53,335 bases of DNA, filler included, from Basidiobolus ranarum (GCA_040143965.1; 3 parts of 3 records of this genome joined end to end with filler, not necessarily neighbours in it); one strand, 5' to 3'. Positions 36,570 through 50,590 are shown, numbered from the whole stretch's first letter. Notes: generated by a model from the sequence alone, not told the origin. Numbers and translations are program-made.

Positions 36570-37933
36570 CTATTTGTTCATATTGAGAAAAGAATCATCT
36601 ATGGAACTGGCCCAGAATTCTCCGACAGTATCGAAGTAATTTGGGGCCAAACAGGTATCATTATGGGTCGAGTTGAACTCATTAAATGATTTCCCTCCAC
36701 TGGTGATGGCGTTCTCGAATAGTGCTCTCATATGTTGTGGGGGAACAAGCTCATCCCGTTGTCCAGATAAGAAGAGAATGGGTGTCTTGGCTATACGTTG
36801 TATGGCCACTTCCGAATTCCACTTTTGATGGCACAAGAAAGACACGGAACTAAGGAAAGGCATCAAGTGTGGAATAAGCTTCGGCTAGTAGTTGAAGAAG
36901 GTCAATACATGTGTAGTTAAGATGTGGTTAGTATCAGCTTTTACTTACTAAGCTAAGGAAAGTATTTTCCAGAATCAATCCATGAATCTAGGCTACAGGT
37001 TAATAGTATTACAAGGAAAAGATTTTCGAAATGAATATTACTCTATCTTCGTTATGAGCCACTAGGTCAATCGCAACTGCTCCTCCTATAGATTGGCCAT
37101 AAGCAATAACCTTGGTATTCTTTAGGAGTGGGTGTTCGGTTATGTAGTCTAAAGCAGTCTGAGAGATAGAATGTATTAAGTAAATTGGCTCCATAATTAT
37201 TATTGCTAGAGAGCATAGCTACCTGAGCATCAATACGTATTCCCTGTTCCCCAGGAGTTCCCTCGCTTAGGCCATATCTGCAAGATATCAATAATTAGAG
37301 AGATTAATATTTGGATTCCAACAAGCTATGGATATATATATTACCCTCTATATGAAAGCATAAGAACGTTACAGTTGAACATCTTGTAAAAGATCTGAGC
37401 AATAGGGAGGCGATGGCCCTGTTTCAAAGAGAAGCGTCGCTTGTTAGAGTTATCTATAATAGGAACCTTTGCTATCAGGCAACTAGGGTTCTCCAATACT
37501 GACCATATTACCGGCGTTTGCCTTTTAGAATAGTTTAATAAATGGACAGAATAGGAATATAAGGATTTTTAGAAATACTTACATGGAAGTAAAGTAAAGT
37601 GCAAGCTTTTTTGGTTTCTTCATCAGTGCTACGCTTTATAAGGTATGCCTTGATTTTGACTTTGTCACGAGTAGTCAAGGTAAGATCTTCATAATAGGGC
37701 ATATCATGATCAGAGGGTAAAGATACCTTTTGAAACACATTCCATAGAAAAGCATAAACGAACCACTCTCATTTATTGTATTATTTTGCACTTCAACTTA
37801 CCTCTACTCTAGAGCCTTCAGGAAATTGGGCGGGGTAGATGAGTTTACACTGATATGTATATACCAAACCAAGACCGAGCAATACAATAAAACCTGCCAC
37901 GTAGAAAAGATAAAGGAGGATATTGAAGAACAT
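36570..37933 (-). CDS. bem46: Bem46/ABHD13-family alpha/beta hydrolase; about 8 exons including an 18-nt microexon (37504-37521)
   Basis: N-terminal TM then YTYQCKLIYP; LLYFH|ANAGNM|GHRLP; SYRG|YGLSEGTPGEQGIRIDAQ; YGQSIGGAVAI nucleophile elbow; LENTFLS; LFLSGQRDELVPPQHM; HNDTC. Confidence 0.92.
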
Positions 37934-38441
37934 GAGTAATCAACGCAACTAAAGGTAGACGTTGCAAACAGTAGAGTATGGCACTAACGACGTAACCATA
38001 TTATAAATAGTTCTACAGCACAACCACAGTGATTGTCAGATTGACTAGTGATTGGTGCAAGATGGAAATAAGTGGATTTGCATATTAAACAAGGAAATTA
38101 ACATTCGAAGTTATTAGAGTTTATTTTTGAAAGTTACTAATAGGGACACACATACAAGACAGTTCAAATATATGATCGAATAACACGGACACGACGGTAT
38201 TGGTATTCAAGCACTACACTTACGACGGAACTTGTACCCGACTCACTAATGCTACACTTAACGATTGATTTGCGAGATGATTGTCTGTTGTAAAAGGGGC
38301 TAATAATCATGAGGATGTTCTGAACATATCCAAGCACACTAGTTATACGAATAAAAGTGACTAGTCCCGGCAAGTAAAAGAATAAGTTAGCTCCGACGAT
38401 GATAGATTCTTACTAAAACAGCGGTAGAGTGGAATTATTAC

Positions 38442-40473
38442 CTAATCTGCCTTGTCTGGCTGGGACTCCTCGTCGCTGTCTGAGGTGCACTGGAAGATCA
38501 TATAGATAATTCCTCCAATTATACCAAAGAACATGCCAATGGCAATGAAAGGACTACGCCATATATGGCCCTGTATTCCATTTTTCCAGATTAATACTAT
38601 ATCTCACAACGCACTACTTGGAAATTTCGTGAACTTACGGCAATTAAACTGATTCCACGGCCACCTCGCTAGTATGCGGGTTAGTTGAAAGATTTTCAAT
38701 ACAAAAACCGATTCACCTTACCTTCAAAGTTCTTGCAATAATACCAGAGGTACTCTTACCCTAATTATAAATCAAAGTAAGCAACGAGAATTACAATGGC
38801 GAGGTATAGACGGTGGATAAACACCTGCAATTTATGGTCCTGAACTGATTGCACCGCTTCAAGTATTTGTGTAGAGCTCAGCTTTAGCACAGCGCCATTA
38901 GCGTCGACATCGAAGTAAGTGTCATCCTGAGCAATAATTTAGTAATTGAAAACACCACTACAACAAGATGAGCTGCATACCCAGGTTTTCAAAATAACAA
39001 CTGATGGGAAAGCGTTGGTAGTCAAGCCAAAAACGCGATAGACGTAGCTGACCCACTTATGTCCATCAATCCAGGCAAAAACTACACGGGGCTTCTTACT
39101 GTTCCCAACTTGATGATATCTTATAGTGGCCGCCTCCATCAAGACCTTTTTCTGCTTCTCGAAATCTGGACCTCCGGGATTTAGGATACCAAGGACAACA
39201 TAGGCGGGAGTGTTCAAGACGTCTTCAGCAGTTTTAGCATTTAACTCAGTGAAGATAGGCGACTTCTCCTCCACCATCCATTTCAATAATAAATCTACAT
39301 CGTCAAGTTTATCTGTATAAAACTTATGTTCTCCGCTTTTGAACACAGCCAGAGAGGGGATTTCGGTAATGTTTAGAGATTTAGCCAAAGTTTTGTCCTT
39401 CGTGACATGGAGCTTCGACTGTAAGCCCAATTGTCCGGATGTAGAGTACAGAGAATCCAAATAAGCTTTGGGAGATGCCTCATCATAGACATAGACAAAA
39501 GATACATCGTTCTTTATGATATCTTGAACATTACTCTCGGTAACTTTACCTACATCAGACCCAGTGAGCCCCAATACAAACCCGGTAAGTGCGTCAAGTG
39601 TTCGTTCACCGTTATTAAGAGTTGCACTGCCTTCTTGGAAAAGCTTTATGGTAGGATACCCACCTATTTCTTCGGAAGAACATAGTTCTCTATAGGCATC
39701 ACAATTCAACTCAGCTACATTAACTTTACCACGAAGCGCCTCTGCAACTTGCACCCAAATGGGTGCGAGTGCTTGGCAATGCCCACACCAGGGGGCATAA
39801 AATTTAACATACCAGAGACCGTGACTAACGGTGGTGGAGAAATTGGTTGGAGACAAAGGAATTACAATACCATCGGGATTCACAGTATTTTTGTCCAAAG
39901 GTATTTTTGGGATTGTTGTTGCTCTTTCTTCGATCTAAATAGAAGGATAACAATAAATCTCAATCTGATCTAAGAAATAGCAATGAGGAGTTTCATGACT
40001 TACCTCCAGATCAGCAGGACGGTACTCTATCGCTTTTGATTTCGCATATTTTGATAATTGATCGTAGTTTTTTTCGTCAGCATATTCTTCAATGAATTCA
40101 CCTTGATTATACAACAGTATAGTAGGGTACCCATCAATATTATTCGTTTCGCAAGCTTTTTTATTGGCTACGCAATCAACTCTTCCAAAGAAGAAGCGAC
40201 TTTTGGCCAGTGTCTCGCCTTCAGTTTCAACAACTTTGTCCCAGATTGGGGCCAAGCGTTTACAAAAAGAGCATTTTGGAGAATAGTACTCTACAAGCCT
40301 GAAAGAGTGTCAGATGTTAATGTTACCAAATAAACAAAAAAGAAAAGCAGTTACCAAACATCATTCTTGATTTTACTCAAGCTTTCCTCAGTCAATTCCA
40401 CAGTTTCTCCTTTACATAGTATTGAGAATAACGAGAGTAGCGTTAAAACGAATATAAGTTGGAACGATGCCAT
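38442..40473 (-). CDS. Membrane-anchored protein disulfide isomerase-like protein (Eps1/TMX-like); multi-exon
   Basis: Signal peptide MASFQLIFVLTLLSLFSILCKG; thioredoxin 1 LVEYYSPKCSFCKRLAP...GYPTI; thioredoxin 2 VKFYAPWCGHCQALAP; redox-inactive domains; TM PFIAIGMFFGIIGGIIYMIF; tail ...PDKAD*. Confidence 0.88.
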
Positions 40474-41020
40474 CCTTGGAAGATGAAGAAACCAAGTTAG
40501 GTGACTAGGTTGATACTTTAATGAAATAGAATATATGCAATGGATGGGAATTTGAGATCAGTTAAATTAAGTACTTGATTTAACCTGAGATTTAGTATAT
40601 TCAAAAAATCATTTCACTCGATTTTATTTTATTTTATTGAAATTCCTCTAGGGAGTTGATTCTTTTGGTATGCTGTGGAAACGTGGAGGCTACTTCGTTT
40701 TGTATCTTCTACTTTTACTCGTGATATGAGAGCAACTATGAGCCCAAAACGATTACTGAGTTAACATGGAGCTAGATATCGATGTCTGGTTAAGCGTGAG
40801 TTGTGCAGTCAGTTTCAACCTTTCGAGTTCATGTTTCTTTATTTATCTCGAATGTAGACACAAGAACGAGGTTGTAAGTATAAAACGCTTTTTTGTAAGG
40901 GGCTCAAAGCGATCATTTATAGGCCAGTGTATTTATGTAAAACTATTCGTGTAGGTATTTATATTCTGCTTAGTATATCGAACATTATCAACTGAGGGTT
41001 AAATTACACAAGGCTTGCGA

Positions 41021-44000
41021 TTAATTCTTTGTAGTCATCTCAATCTCATCCTCAACACGTGGCTTAGCGACATGCGGATGGTTAGGTTTTAGTTCAGATA
41101 AGGGGGCGCTAATTTGATGAACAGCCTTATCGAAGACAGTGGTTAGTACCCGACTGGCAGGGCCTGACAAGTTCAAGGCATAGACCAAATACGATACAGC
41201 TCCAGTAAATATTGCGAAAATAAGGTATATAGGATTCGATAAAATCGAAAGAAATTCATTCCATCCTAGAACCATAAGCAATACAATGATCCAGTATGGG
41301 ACACGGGTTGTGGTGGCCACAATCGACCGTTTAGCCTCAAGGAATAAAGCGTCGGCTTCTCTGGCAAACCGAGATAGAAGATCTTGTTGCTTCGCACTAG
41401 ACAAAACAGTCAAAGTACTTCCAAAATCGTAATCCTATAAGAATCAACAGGTAAGCTACGAGTTTTTAGGAACTCTAATTGGCTTTACGTACTTGGGGGA
41501 AAAACAGCTCGGGCTCAAAGTCTGCTTCTCTAATATCGATCTTTGCGAATATAGGAAGCATTTGTACGGCCTAAAGAAGTAAGGAATCAGTATCAACACG
41601 CCATGCCGGTTGAAAATGAAACATCCAGACCTGCTCCTTGGCTTTCCTGAAAACACCGTCCATGTCGTCCTCTGGTTTCCAAACCCTGGGTAGACCCTGT
41701 GGATCATATCGGAAATTCTCTTCCAACTTGTTTCGTAACTTTAAGATCATCATATGATCAGCAGTCTCATCTTTGATTTTTTGACAAAGTATTTCCCAAG
41801 AACGCACGCGCAGATTCTGAATGGACGACTTCATCTCTTGATCATCTGAATTAAAGCCTTGACTACATGTTAGTTAACGCTAAGATATATATAGTGTGAT
41901 TTTTCTTTTACATCCGGAACGCTTGGCCAACTTCTCTTCGGCATCCTCCGTCACTTCCTTGAATGCCTCTAGCGACTTTCTCCACATGTCCGAGTTCCCA
42001 GCGGTAAGTAAGACAGGGACTGTTTCGTTAAGGGTATTTCTAATATGTTTCTAAGAAAGTGATATCATTAGACTGGGTATAGAGATTTACGATGCAATGT
42101 AAAATAATACCTCTAAAGCAGTAACAAGTTTCTTCATCTCATCGCGTTTCTGAGCGAGCGCGATTTCTTCCAATCTTTGGTCCAACTGGATGGATTCTTC
42201 TTCAAAGGACCAACCAGTTTCTGCGAGAGTCACTGCTTGGGCATTTTGGCTAAAATAAGTTTCGGCTTCCTTCTTGGATTTCGAAACGATTGCTCCGAAG
42301 TCATATTTATCGCCCTTCAATTGCTCCTAAATTCAAGAGATCATAAATCGATGTTCACTCAGGGGTAACGCAACTCTGAAAACTAACCTTCAGTGAATCA
42401 GTAAACATGGCAACAGCTTTTCTATGGAGATTCTTGAGTTGTCCGAGGTAGAAGCTGTGTAATTGTGAATTGAGTTTGTTTATAATATCTTCACGTTTTC
42501 GTTGATAAACTTCTTGATGGTAACGACTGGCGTCTTTATCAAAGCTCTCTAAAAATGCACAGGTTATTTGATGTGCGAGACGTATGAAAGATATTCAACA
42601 CGGACTTATCGCAATTTGCCGAATTTCGTCTATACGAGGACCTAGATTCTCTATGACACTGCCAGTTTCAATAGGGCGTTTGAATTCTTTAATAGCATCA
42701 AGAAATACATTAAAGACGCTCTAGAAAAGAGTAAATCTTAGCAAACGCTTTACTAGAAAATCCATGATCTGTACTCACATTAGCAATTTCATCACATCGG
42801 TATTGAGCCAATAGCTCTCTCTGGGTAGGAAGATCCAGATCTCGATTAGTGACGATTTTTTCCTTTGATATAAAAGAGATTTGGGTGAGTCGACATGACG
42901 AGACAGAGGTTTGAAGCTAAATATACCCAAATAGCTTGCAGAAAGACTGAAAATCCATCGGCAGGGATCATCTTGTGATAGTATGATTTAAATATGTACT
43001 CCGAATCAGAGGAGTCAGTAAACCTAAATGGCAAATTTAAGTAAGAATGCAGAGATTGCAAGTCAAAGGTGGTCAATTAGTACCTTTTACGAAGGGCAGC
43101 GACGCCTTCATCGAATTTTTCTGGGAGAAGAATCTTGTGTGGAAGAGCGGCAAATGCAAAATCAAAGAAATCTGTGATGTGACTATCCTCTAGTCCTTCA
43201 GGCTATTGAAAGATCATTTAGCTGGATGTTCAATCGAGTGGTATCAAAGTCAGTACCTTCGAAAGACCAGACCACAACTTATTCAAGTCATTTGTGAGAG
43301 TGGTAGTCAGATTCTCGAGAGGAGTATTTCCAATAAAATCTCTAATAACAAAAAACAACAGTGTTTTTTGTTTCCTACATAATTTCATGGACGTAAGGAA
43401 TTGAAACTGGTTACTATTTCTGTCGGAGTAAAGTTACCCTTTCTGCTGGAAAAGTTGGAGGTTAACTTCAAAAACGGTTTTAAGCAAACCCATGTTAGCG
43501 CCATTGTACAAGCCAACCATATTCTCCCATTGATTGATGATAATGGCTTCTGCAGTAGCCATAGAAAAAAGTGCACTTTTTCTTTCGAAATCCTAAGTAT
43601 GGAGAGTATGAGCAATAATCAGAGCGGTGCTTATTGAGGAACGTACCTGATCTTCGCCACGTTCACGACCATCGGTCCCTTCAACGTCCATTACCAAAAC
43701 TTTCATACCTTGACCTCGGCTAATCCAAATTCCTGCAGAAAACCGTTTTATACGAAGCACTAGATAGTTACTTTAGGCATACAAGTTTTACCTTTGGTAG
43801 TTTGTGCGCGTCTCTTCTCATCCATCACGTTAAAACTAGTCCCAAAAACACTATTCAATAATGTACCTATAATAAAATCTTCTTAGAAACAAATTCTGCA
43901 GTGTAAAAGTCCAAATTATACTACGCACTTTTGCCAGTACTCTGAGAACCGAAGACAGCGACGACATTGTAATCGAATCCGCTGTTGATAAGTTGCCAAT

Positions 44001-44242
44001 GCTCCTCCATATACTTGTTAACTTGATCGCTATGTTTATGACCATATTCATGACAGTAAGAACGTGTTTACTCCAATCAACTATACGAGTTCGATATATA
44101 CAACTTACGAGAAAGTTTGATTCTCATCAATAATTTGTAATTGAGGATATGAATTTTCCAGTGATAGTGCTAGAGTTTCTACAACGGCGGCACCGTTGAC
44201 ACTGGTCTCATTGTTGGTGGGAGCGGTAGTAAAACTGTCCAT
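41021..44242 (-). CDS. SEY1: Sey1/RHD3 atlastin-like ER fusion GTPase; many exons
   Basis: [91 protein letters not shown]...LGWNEF hairpin TM. Confidence 0.96.
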
Positions 44243-46292
44243 TTATGAATTTAACGAGAAAGAGAAGCTCGAAGGATTATCAACAGTACGTCAGTTTGGA
44301 AAGAGGATTAGCTATTAAATTACAAGCCAATTAATTTTCAGTATTTATGAAATTTGATTTCTTACGTTGGATGCCCTGACCTAAATGACTTCATTGATCT
44401 CCCCAAAAGTATTAAGCTCCCGATGTCCCCATTGTAATTTACACTTGCCCTTTCACAGTCACCATGGTGCACACAAGCCACAAAATACTGTATATACCGT
44501 GTCGAATAGTTACAAAAACAGATATTAGTGAAAGATTTCGCTATTAAGATTTGGTGACTTTTCTGGAAGCCTGGATTCTGAGTCATGTGAGTTATCCGAT
44601 TACAACACCTGCCAAAACTGTAAATTGGGTAAGAAATTGGGGGACCATTTTTGGTTGACACGTAGCTATGCATGAATACTGACGAGATGGGCAAGTTGAT
44701 TGTAAGATCGCCTTGGTAGCTAAGATCTGACATACAAACCTGACTGAAGCTCTCCTTTGATAAGGGATATTCCCTGATGTCATTTTCTGTAATATAGTGA
44801 GAAGGCCATTACCAACTTGTCTGGGGATTCTTTTCAAATGTATTACACCACCATGAGAGTGTCCGTTAATATATTTCTGGCGCCATGATTGGCTAACCAG
44901 TGCTTTTTGAGTCTCTAACTGTGTTTGGTGGGATCCGATGATGATTGAAATTGTACTAGTTCTCTTCTGAATTTCTAACTTAATTTCCTCATACAAATGC
45001 CAAAAATATCGTAACACCTGATAACATGGAATAGCTTTGAAATCCAGAATGAGTAGTTATTTTATAGCGCTTGTAACCATGCTGATTCAAGCGAAAACCA
45101 TTAGACTTGTGAATTAGACTGGTAGAATAGCTGGAGTGCATGCTGTAAAGACTGACGTAAAGATGCTCTCAAGACCAGGTCAGATAGCGTACCTTGCTAG
45201 GGGTTTCAGTTGTAGTAAGGAATGGATGAATGAACCACAATGGTATTTAGTTCCAGGGTCAAAGATGATCCTGGGATTTCATTAGCTAAATCAATCTTAT
45301 TTGGACGTGGAAGGAAGCGAATATAGAGGAATTCCGGATATTTCCTGGTACCAGTTGCGTTTCAACTTGGATGAAAGTTATCGAGCTTTTCATGAGGGAT
45401 TTCTCCGTGATAGAACATTCATACAGCAACGTGCGTCAATTTTGATTTCTTGGAGTAATGTGAAATCGCCTTGATAAATTTCCGCACGATCTATCGAAAA
45501 TAAATGTAAACTGGGATAGTGGCGATTCTAGACCTTTGGGAAGCGTCTACGCTTTAAGGTGAATCCTCAAAGTCAGTAATATTTGAATAGAAGCGATAAT
45601 ATGGAAAATTCTTTTATTTTCCTTTGTATGCATGTATGCATATATTGAGCATATAGGCCGAGCAAAAATTCTCCAAGGATGCTTGACTTGAGCCATCATG
45701 CTCGATTTACTCCATACCCTCGTCAGGACATATTTACAAATATTCGAGTATCAAGATATGAAAGGTATGGATGCGGAGCGGCTGAAAAAGATTATGTAGC
45801 AAGGAAACTAAACAACATTGCATCAGATGCAGTAGCCCTGGAAGTTGTACATATCGGCCTCACGAAGGTATTTGTTTCATTCGTCCCTGGTTATCTGATA
45901 GTTTCTGGTATTTTAATTTTCCTTTATCTCGACCATATCTCTTCCATTATTTCATTCATCTCTCTTATTAATTCTCGTTCTGGATTCTTCATTGGCCATT
46001 ACTTTTGTTCTTCTTGAATTTAAATCCTGCGAGGTATCTGTCCTTGGCCGATTCGCTCTAATATAAGGAAGTTATTCATAGACCATTGTTACAAATACGT
46101 TTGCTCGAAATCGTTAGTTTGGCTACCAAGATTTCCTCCACTATTTAGGAGTACTTTGTGCCATTTACTGTATATATCCAGTACATAGATCTGAAGTGAA
46201 TTTGGAGATTATCTATAGACAGCGTCGGAGGGCTCTTTATTCACGATTAAGACGAAAACATTGTTATACTTTTTACCAAGATACTGCACATT

Positions 46293-49235
46293 ATGACTAG
46301 CATGAAGCTCAATTTTGCTTGGCTCATTTCCTATATTATACTTTTATATATCAGTATCGTAGTTTCTCAGGATACCCAAGTTCCTCGACTAAATGCCATT
46401 GCCTTTCAAGACGGTAGGACGATTTGGACATTCTCAAGATTTAAAAATTATTCGTCGTTCGTGAATGCCAACCCACAAAGTCCTACTTATATCCAGGACC
46501 TCAAGGCCTCCATATTGCCAGACCTTGTTGTAGCATACGACAAAAATCGAAACCTGTTATTCGAGAGGGATGATTTTCCTCCACTCTGGTCAGACGATCA
46601 TTCTTTGTTCGTAGCACTTCCTTCGGGAGATATCGGTTACTTTTACATTGAGCTAGGGACAAATCTCTTGAATCTACAACTCTATTCGACCAATGGGAAA
46701 AAGAAAGGAGAAAACATTGCGCTCCAGGATGTTATTACATACTCTGCTGCTGCAAGCTTAGCTTCCCCTATAAGAGTATTGTTAGCATTCATTGATATTG
46801 ATCCCAAATCTGGGCCCTCACTTAAAATGCAAATGTTTGATGATGAGGGGACCCCAATAGGGAAACCTTCACTTCTCGCGAGTAATATATTTGATGCAAG
46901 TCAAAAAACTCTCTACCAACCCAGTGTTTCTGTATCTGCTACCGCTGATGGAAGCTTCTTAGTTAGTTGGCCAGGAAAAACTCGCAGTGGGGATAATGTC
47001 ATTCGCGCTGCTTATGTAGCACCCGGTCAGCCAGTGACAAAAGCTTTCTTAGTATCAACTTCCACCGCAAATACTGGTTTCATGAAAATTAACAAATGTG
47101 ATACTTTGAGAGCAGGGGATGGCCATTATTGTATATACGAGGAATGGACTCCGCAAGGAGGTACTGTTTGGGCGCGTGTAACGTTTATTACAGTCTTTTC
47201 TTATTCTGGGTCTGTCTATGATACTCCTACTAGGCTTGGAAATTCAACAGAAGATGTAAGCAAAGTGTTCTCCCCGGCTATGAATATTGCGTTGCCTTAT
47301 GGAGGTTTACTGGTGACAACCGATTATAAAGCTGATCCTACCAATCCCAACGCTATGCCAGCAATATTTCTTTATGATCGCGAGTGGAATCCGAAACCTT
47401 ACGATGGAAAAAATATAAAAAGCTATACAGTCTGTGTTTTACCAAATAATACAGTCATAACATTAGAACAGGCGAAGCAACCATCTGCCCAGACCGGTCC
47501 AGAGGATTGGTTCATCCGACCTGGTTGGAGAGCCGTGAAAGAAGATTTGCCAAAATTTCTTCCTGGTATGTGCTTTCTGATAGAATCATTGCTCGAATTG
47601 TACTAAGCATATGTTACTCCAATAGATTCAAAGTATGGTGACAATCCAGTGATCTCTTCTACATATCCCGAATTGTATGGAATGATTCCGTTGAGTCTAG
47701 GGTATCTTAACATTAGTTTCCTTCAGGAGGATTATCGCTTTGGGTTAGGAAATGTTTCAATATACGACTCCAATTACGCAGAATATCCTCGTGAAGTCAT
47801 ATCAATAGTGCCCGATCCCAATGGTCTTGGCAAGGGTCTCTCGATGAAAGTTTCAAGCTTCACTTTCAATACTCCAAGTCATGACTACTTCATTACGATC
47901 GACGGTGGAGCTTTCAAAAGTTCTTTGAACGAACCATTGTTAGGTATATCCAAAAATATTTGGACGTTTACAACAGCAGCAGGTAAGAAGTTAATGTATT
48001 CAGTATTTTCCTCACATGAAACTAAACGTATTTGCAAATTTTTAAAGATTACAGCGAACAAGGTAAATCAGAGTCAAGTATGGAAATATCGGTATACGTT
48101 TCTCAAACATTCTTTTGATCTACAGCTGAGAGAGACGATACAGTACTTCAAATAAGAATTAAGAATTCCACAGGTCAGTTTCGTGACCGTAACGAAGTCA
48201 CTCAAAAATTGACCCACGACCTTTCACGTCTGTTGCCAATTGAGCAGGAGCGAGTGATGTCTCGATATCTACGTACAGATGAAATCGGCGAAATTTATCA
48301 AGTATCATTACTGAGACTTCGGAATGGTAATGGTAAACGGTTAGCCGCAAAATTAGCAGAAGATTTCCATTCTATGATCATGAAAAAGTCAACAAGCAAT
48401 CTTGTTGCAGGAAATGTGACTCGATATGTGGATCCGGAGTTTGGAACATTATACGAAGGTAAAATAATCATTGTTATCAGATTTGAGTTGTGTTGGAAGT
48501 AACTGAAGTTGTTTCATCACTTTAGAGAATATATTCCAAACTAACAAGGGCGCTCTTATCGGAATAGTATGCGTAGTCATATGCCTGATTATCTTTTACG
48601 TCTTCTGTAATCGTCGTTTCCCTGACAGTGATAACATGGTTATATTTGTATTGGCTGTCTCGTTATTCGATTTCATCGCCGACCTACTATTTGTGATCTT
48701 AAATAGCGGAGATATACCTTATCTACAGGTTCCATCTGTTATATTCTTTGTTCTTCCCTTTGCTTTTAATATGGTTGCCTCTACTACAATCGTAGTTAAG
48801 GAAGTGTCTTCGAATCCAAAATTCCATGATTGGTTTTCCCATCGAACATTACTGACTACCGGTATTTCTGTTCTCTCAGCTACTAATCCGGTGCTTTTGA
48901 ATATTATGCGATCCCGATTTGCGGGGATGAACGATCTGAATGCCCCACTAAGCGAGAAAGTGTCTCGTTGGATTTTGTATTGTACAGCGGCCGATATTAT
49001 AATTGAAGACATTCCACAGCTGATAATCCAAACGCTATACAAGACTAATAATGGATTTTTCAAGCTAGTACCATTTTTATCTATGGTATCCAGCTGCTTG
49101 GGTATTCTTTTCTCAATCATAGCACATATCTATAACCATGTGGCATATAAACAAGACAAGAAAAAGAGCCGCAAAAGTGACGATAATGTCAACTTCCAGG
49201 AAGAAGAATTCAAAGCAACTAAAGTATACATGTAA
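46293..49235 (+). CDS. ~895-aa receptor-like membrane protein: signal peptide, beta-rich ectodomain, Ig-like (Big_5/SbsA-like) domain, juxtamembrane domain, ~6 TM XK-like module
   Basis: Exons 46293-47565, 47626-47982, 48048-48062 (15 nt), 48126-48458 and 48526-49235 total 2688 nt in frame with GT-AG sites; motifs ISSTYP...LNISF...GNVSIY...YFITIDGGAF...WTFTT, FDFIADLLF, IEDIPQLIIQ, SMVSS. Confidence 0.8.
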
Positions 49236-49839
49236 GAAATTAGAGATTTCATATTGATTATTATTAGCAAGGCAGCAACTCACTTTTTGAAAACTAAACC
49301 TCAAGTTGAAGTTCTTCTATTGTACCTAACTAAAAGTCTATCTTCACGTGATATAAGAAGGTTCATCCATAACATTTCTATCATCCCTTCATCTCTTTCA
49401 AAGAAGTACGCATATCATTCTATCTTTCTGATATTAGAGTTGTAACCTATACTTCAAACATGCGTATACTCAGATCTCAACCAAGTGAAACATCCCCTTC
49501 CAGTCCCGTTTCACTCTTGCAAAGCTATGACCTTTTCTCCAACAAGTAACTATATTTCTGACCTTTCCATTTCATATATAATACTATTTTTCGAACAACT
49601 CTCATAAATAATAATCCTATCATATTTGGTCGTAAATTGCTGATGGCACTTTCGAATTCATCTAAACTCAAAACTCTTGTTTATATATGGTAGAGAGTAA
49701 TAGGTGACTTGGAAATATCTCTTCATTCATACCTACGACTAAGGCCGGTGTATGTCGCTCTGATGGCATCCTCCTGGCATAGATTTTATCAAGATGTAAG
49801 ATGGAATTTAAATCACAAAAACAAAAATCAATTATGGGT

Positions 49840-50120
49840 AGATTCTATATTTCCCAAAGATATCGCCTACTATTCACAATAGAAATTTACTTGGAATATT
49901 GCCACCACTTAGAAGTTCTCAGATATATACAGATTTTTCAAACCTGTCTTAGAGGCCCCAAACGTGTCACACATGTTTCTGGGACCTTCGTTAACACATT
50001 CTATACGCTTTTGCTTACCTCTTAACAAAACTTTAAATACCAGCTTTCCATTCAATATACCATTAAGTTAAAACCATGAATTCTTTCTAGCTCTCTAAAC
50101 CACTTCCAAATACTTTAACA
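49840..50120 (+). mobile_element. LTR copy F, 5'-truncated
   Basis: AAGATATCGCCTACTATTC...AGAAGTTCTCAGATAT...CACACATGTTTCTGGGACCTTC...CCAAATACTTTAACA. Confidence 0.75.
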
Positions 50121-50245
50121 TAACTTTGGTAACGATCATTATTAATGAACCAACCATAAGACAACCCATTTTTAAATTTATATTTGAAGGTAGTATTTTT
50201 TCAACTCTCTGAGTTAATACAGGTGGTTATATATCAAGTCAAAGC

Positions 50246-50590
50246 TGTTAAAGTATTTAGGAGCCTGTTGGAGGTGGTTTGGAGAATTAGAGAGATTGGC
50301 GGTTTTCACTTATTGATTTATTGAGTATTCAGTTGACATTTGTAGTTTTGTCAAGATGTAAGCAAACTAACGTGTAGAATATGTTAAGGAAGATCTCAGG
50401 AACTTATGTGCAAAGTTTGGGCTTCTAGTGCAAGTTTGAAAAATCTATATCAGAGAACTTCTAAGTTGGTGTCCATATTCTAAGTAAATTCCTCTGGAGA
50501 ATAATGGGTAATATCTTAGTGAAATACAAGACAACTAAATACTAGGCTATATATGACTATATAGGTGTTTAGGCAATGCTAATTTCAACA
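50246..50590 (-). mobile_element. Full-length solo LTR, copy G
   Basis: TGTTAAAGTA...GGTGTTTAGGCAATGCTAATTTCAACA; flanks AAAGC and AAAAT match at only 3 of 5 positions. Confidence 0.82.

Noticed and set aside
40715..40765. Possible C/D-box snoRNA (GTGATAT...CTGA)
   Set aside because: Imperfect C box, too short, no recognisable rRNA guide.
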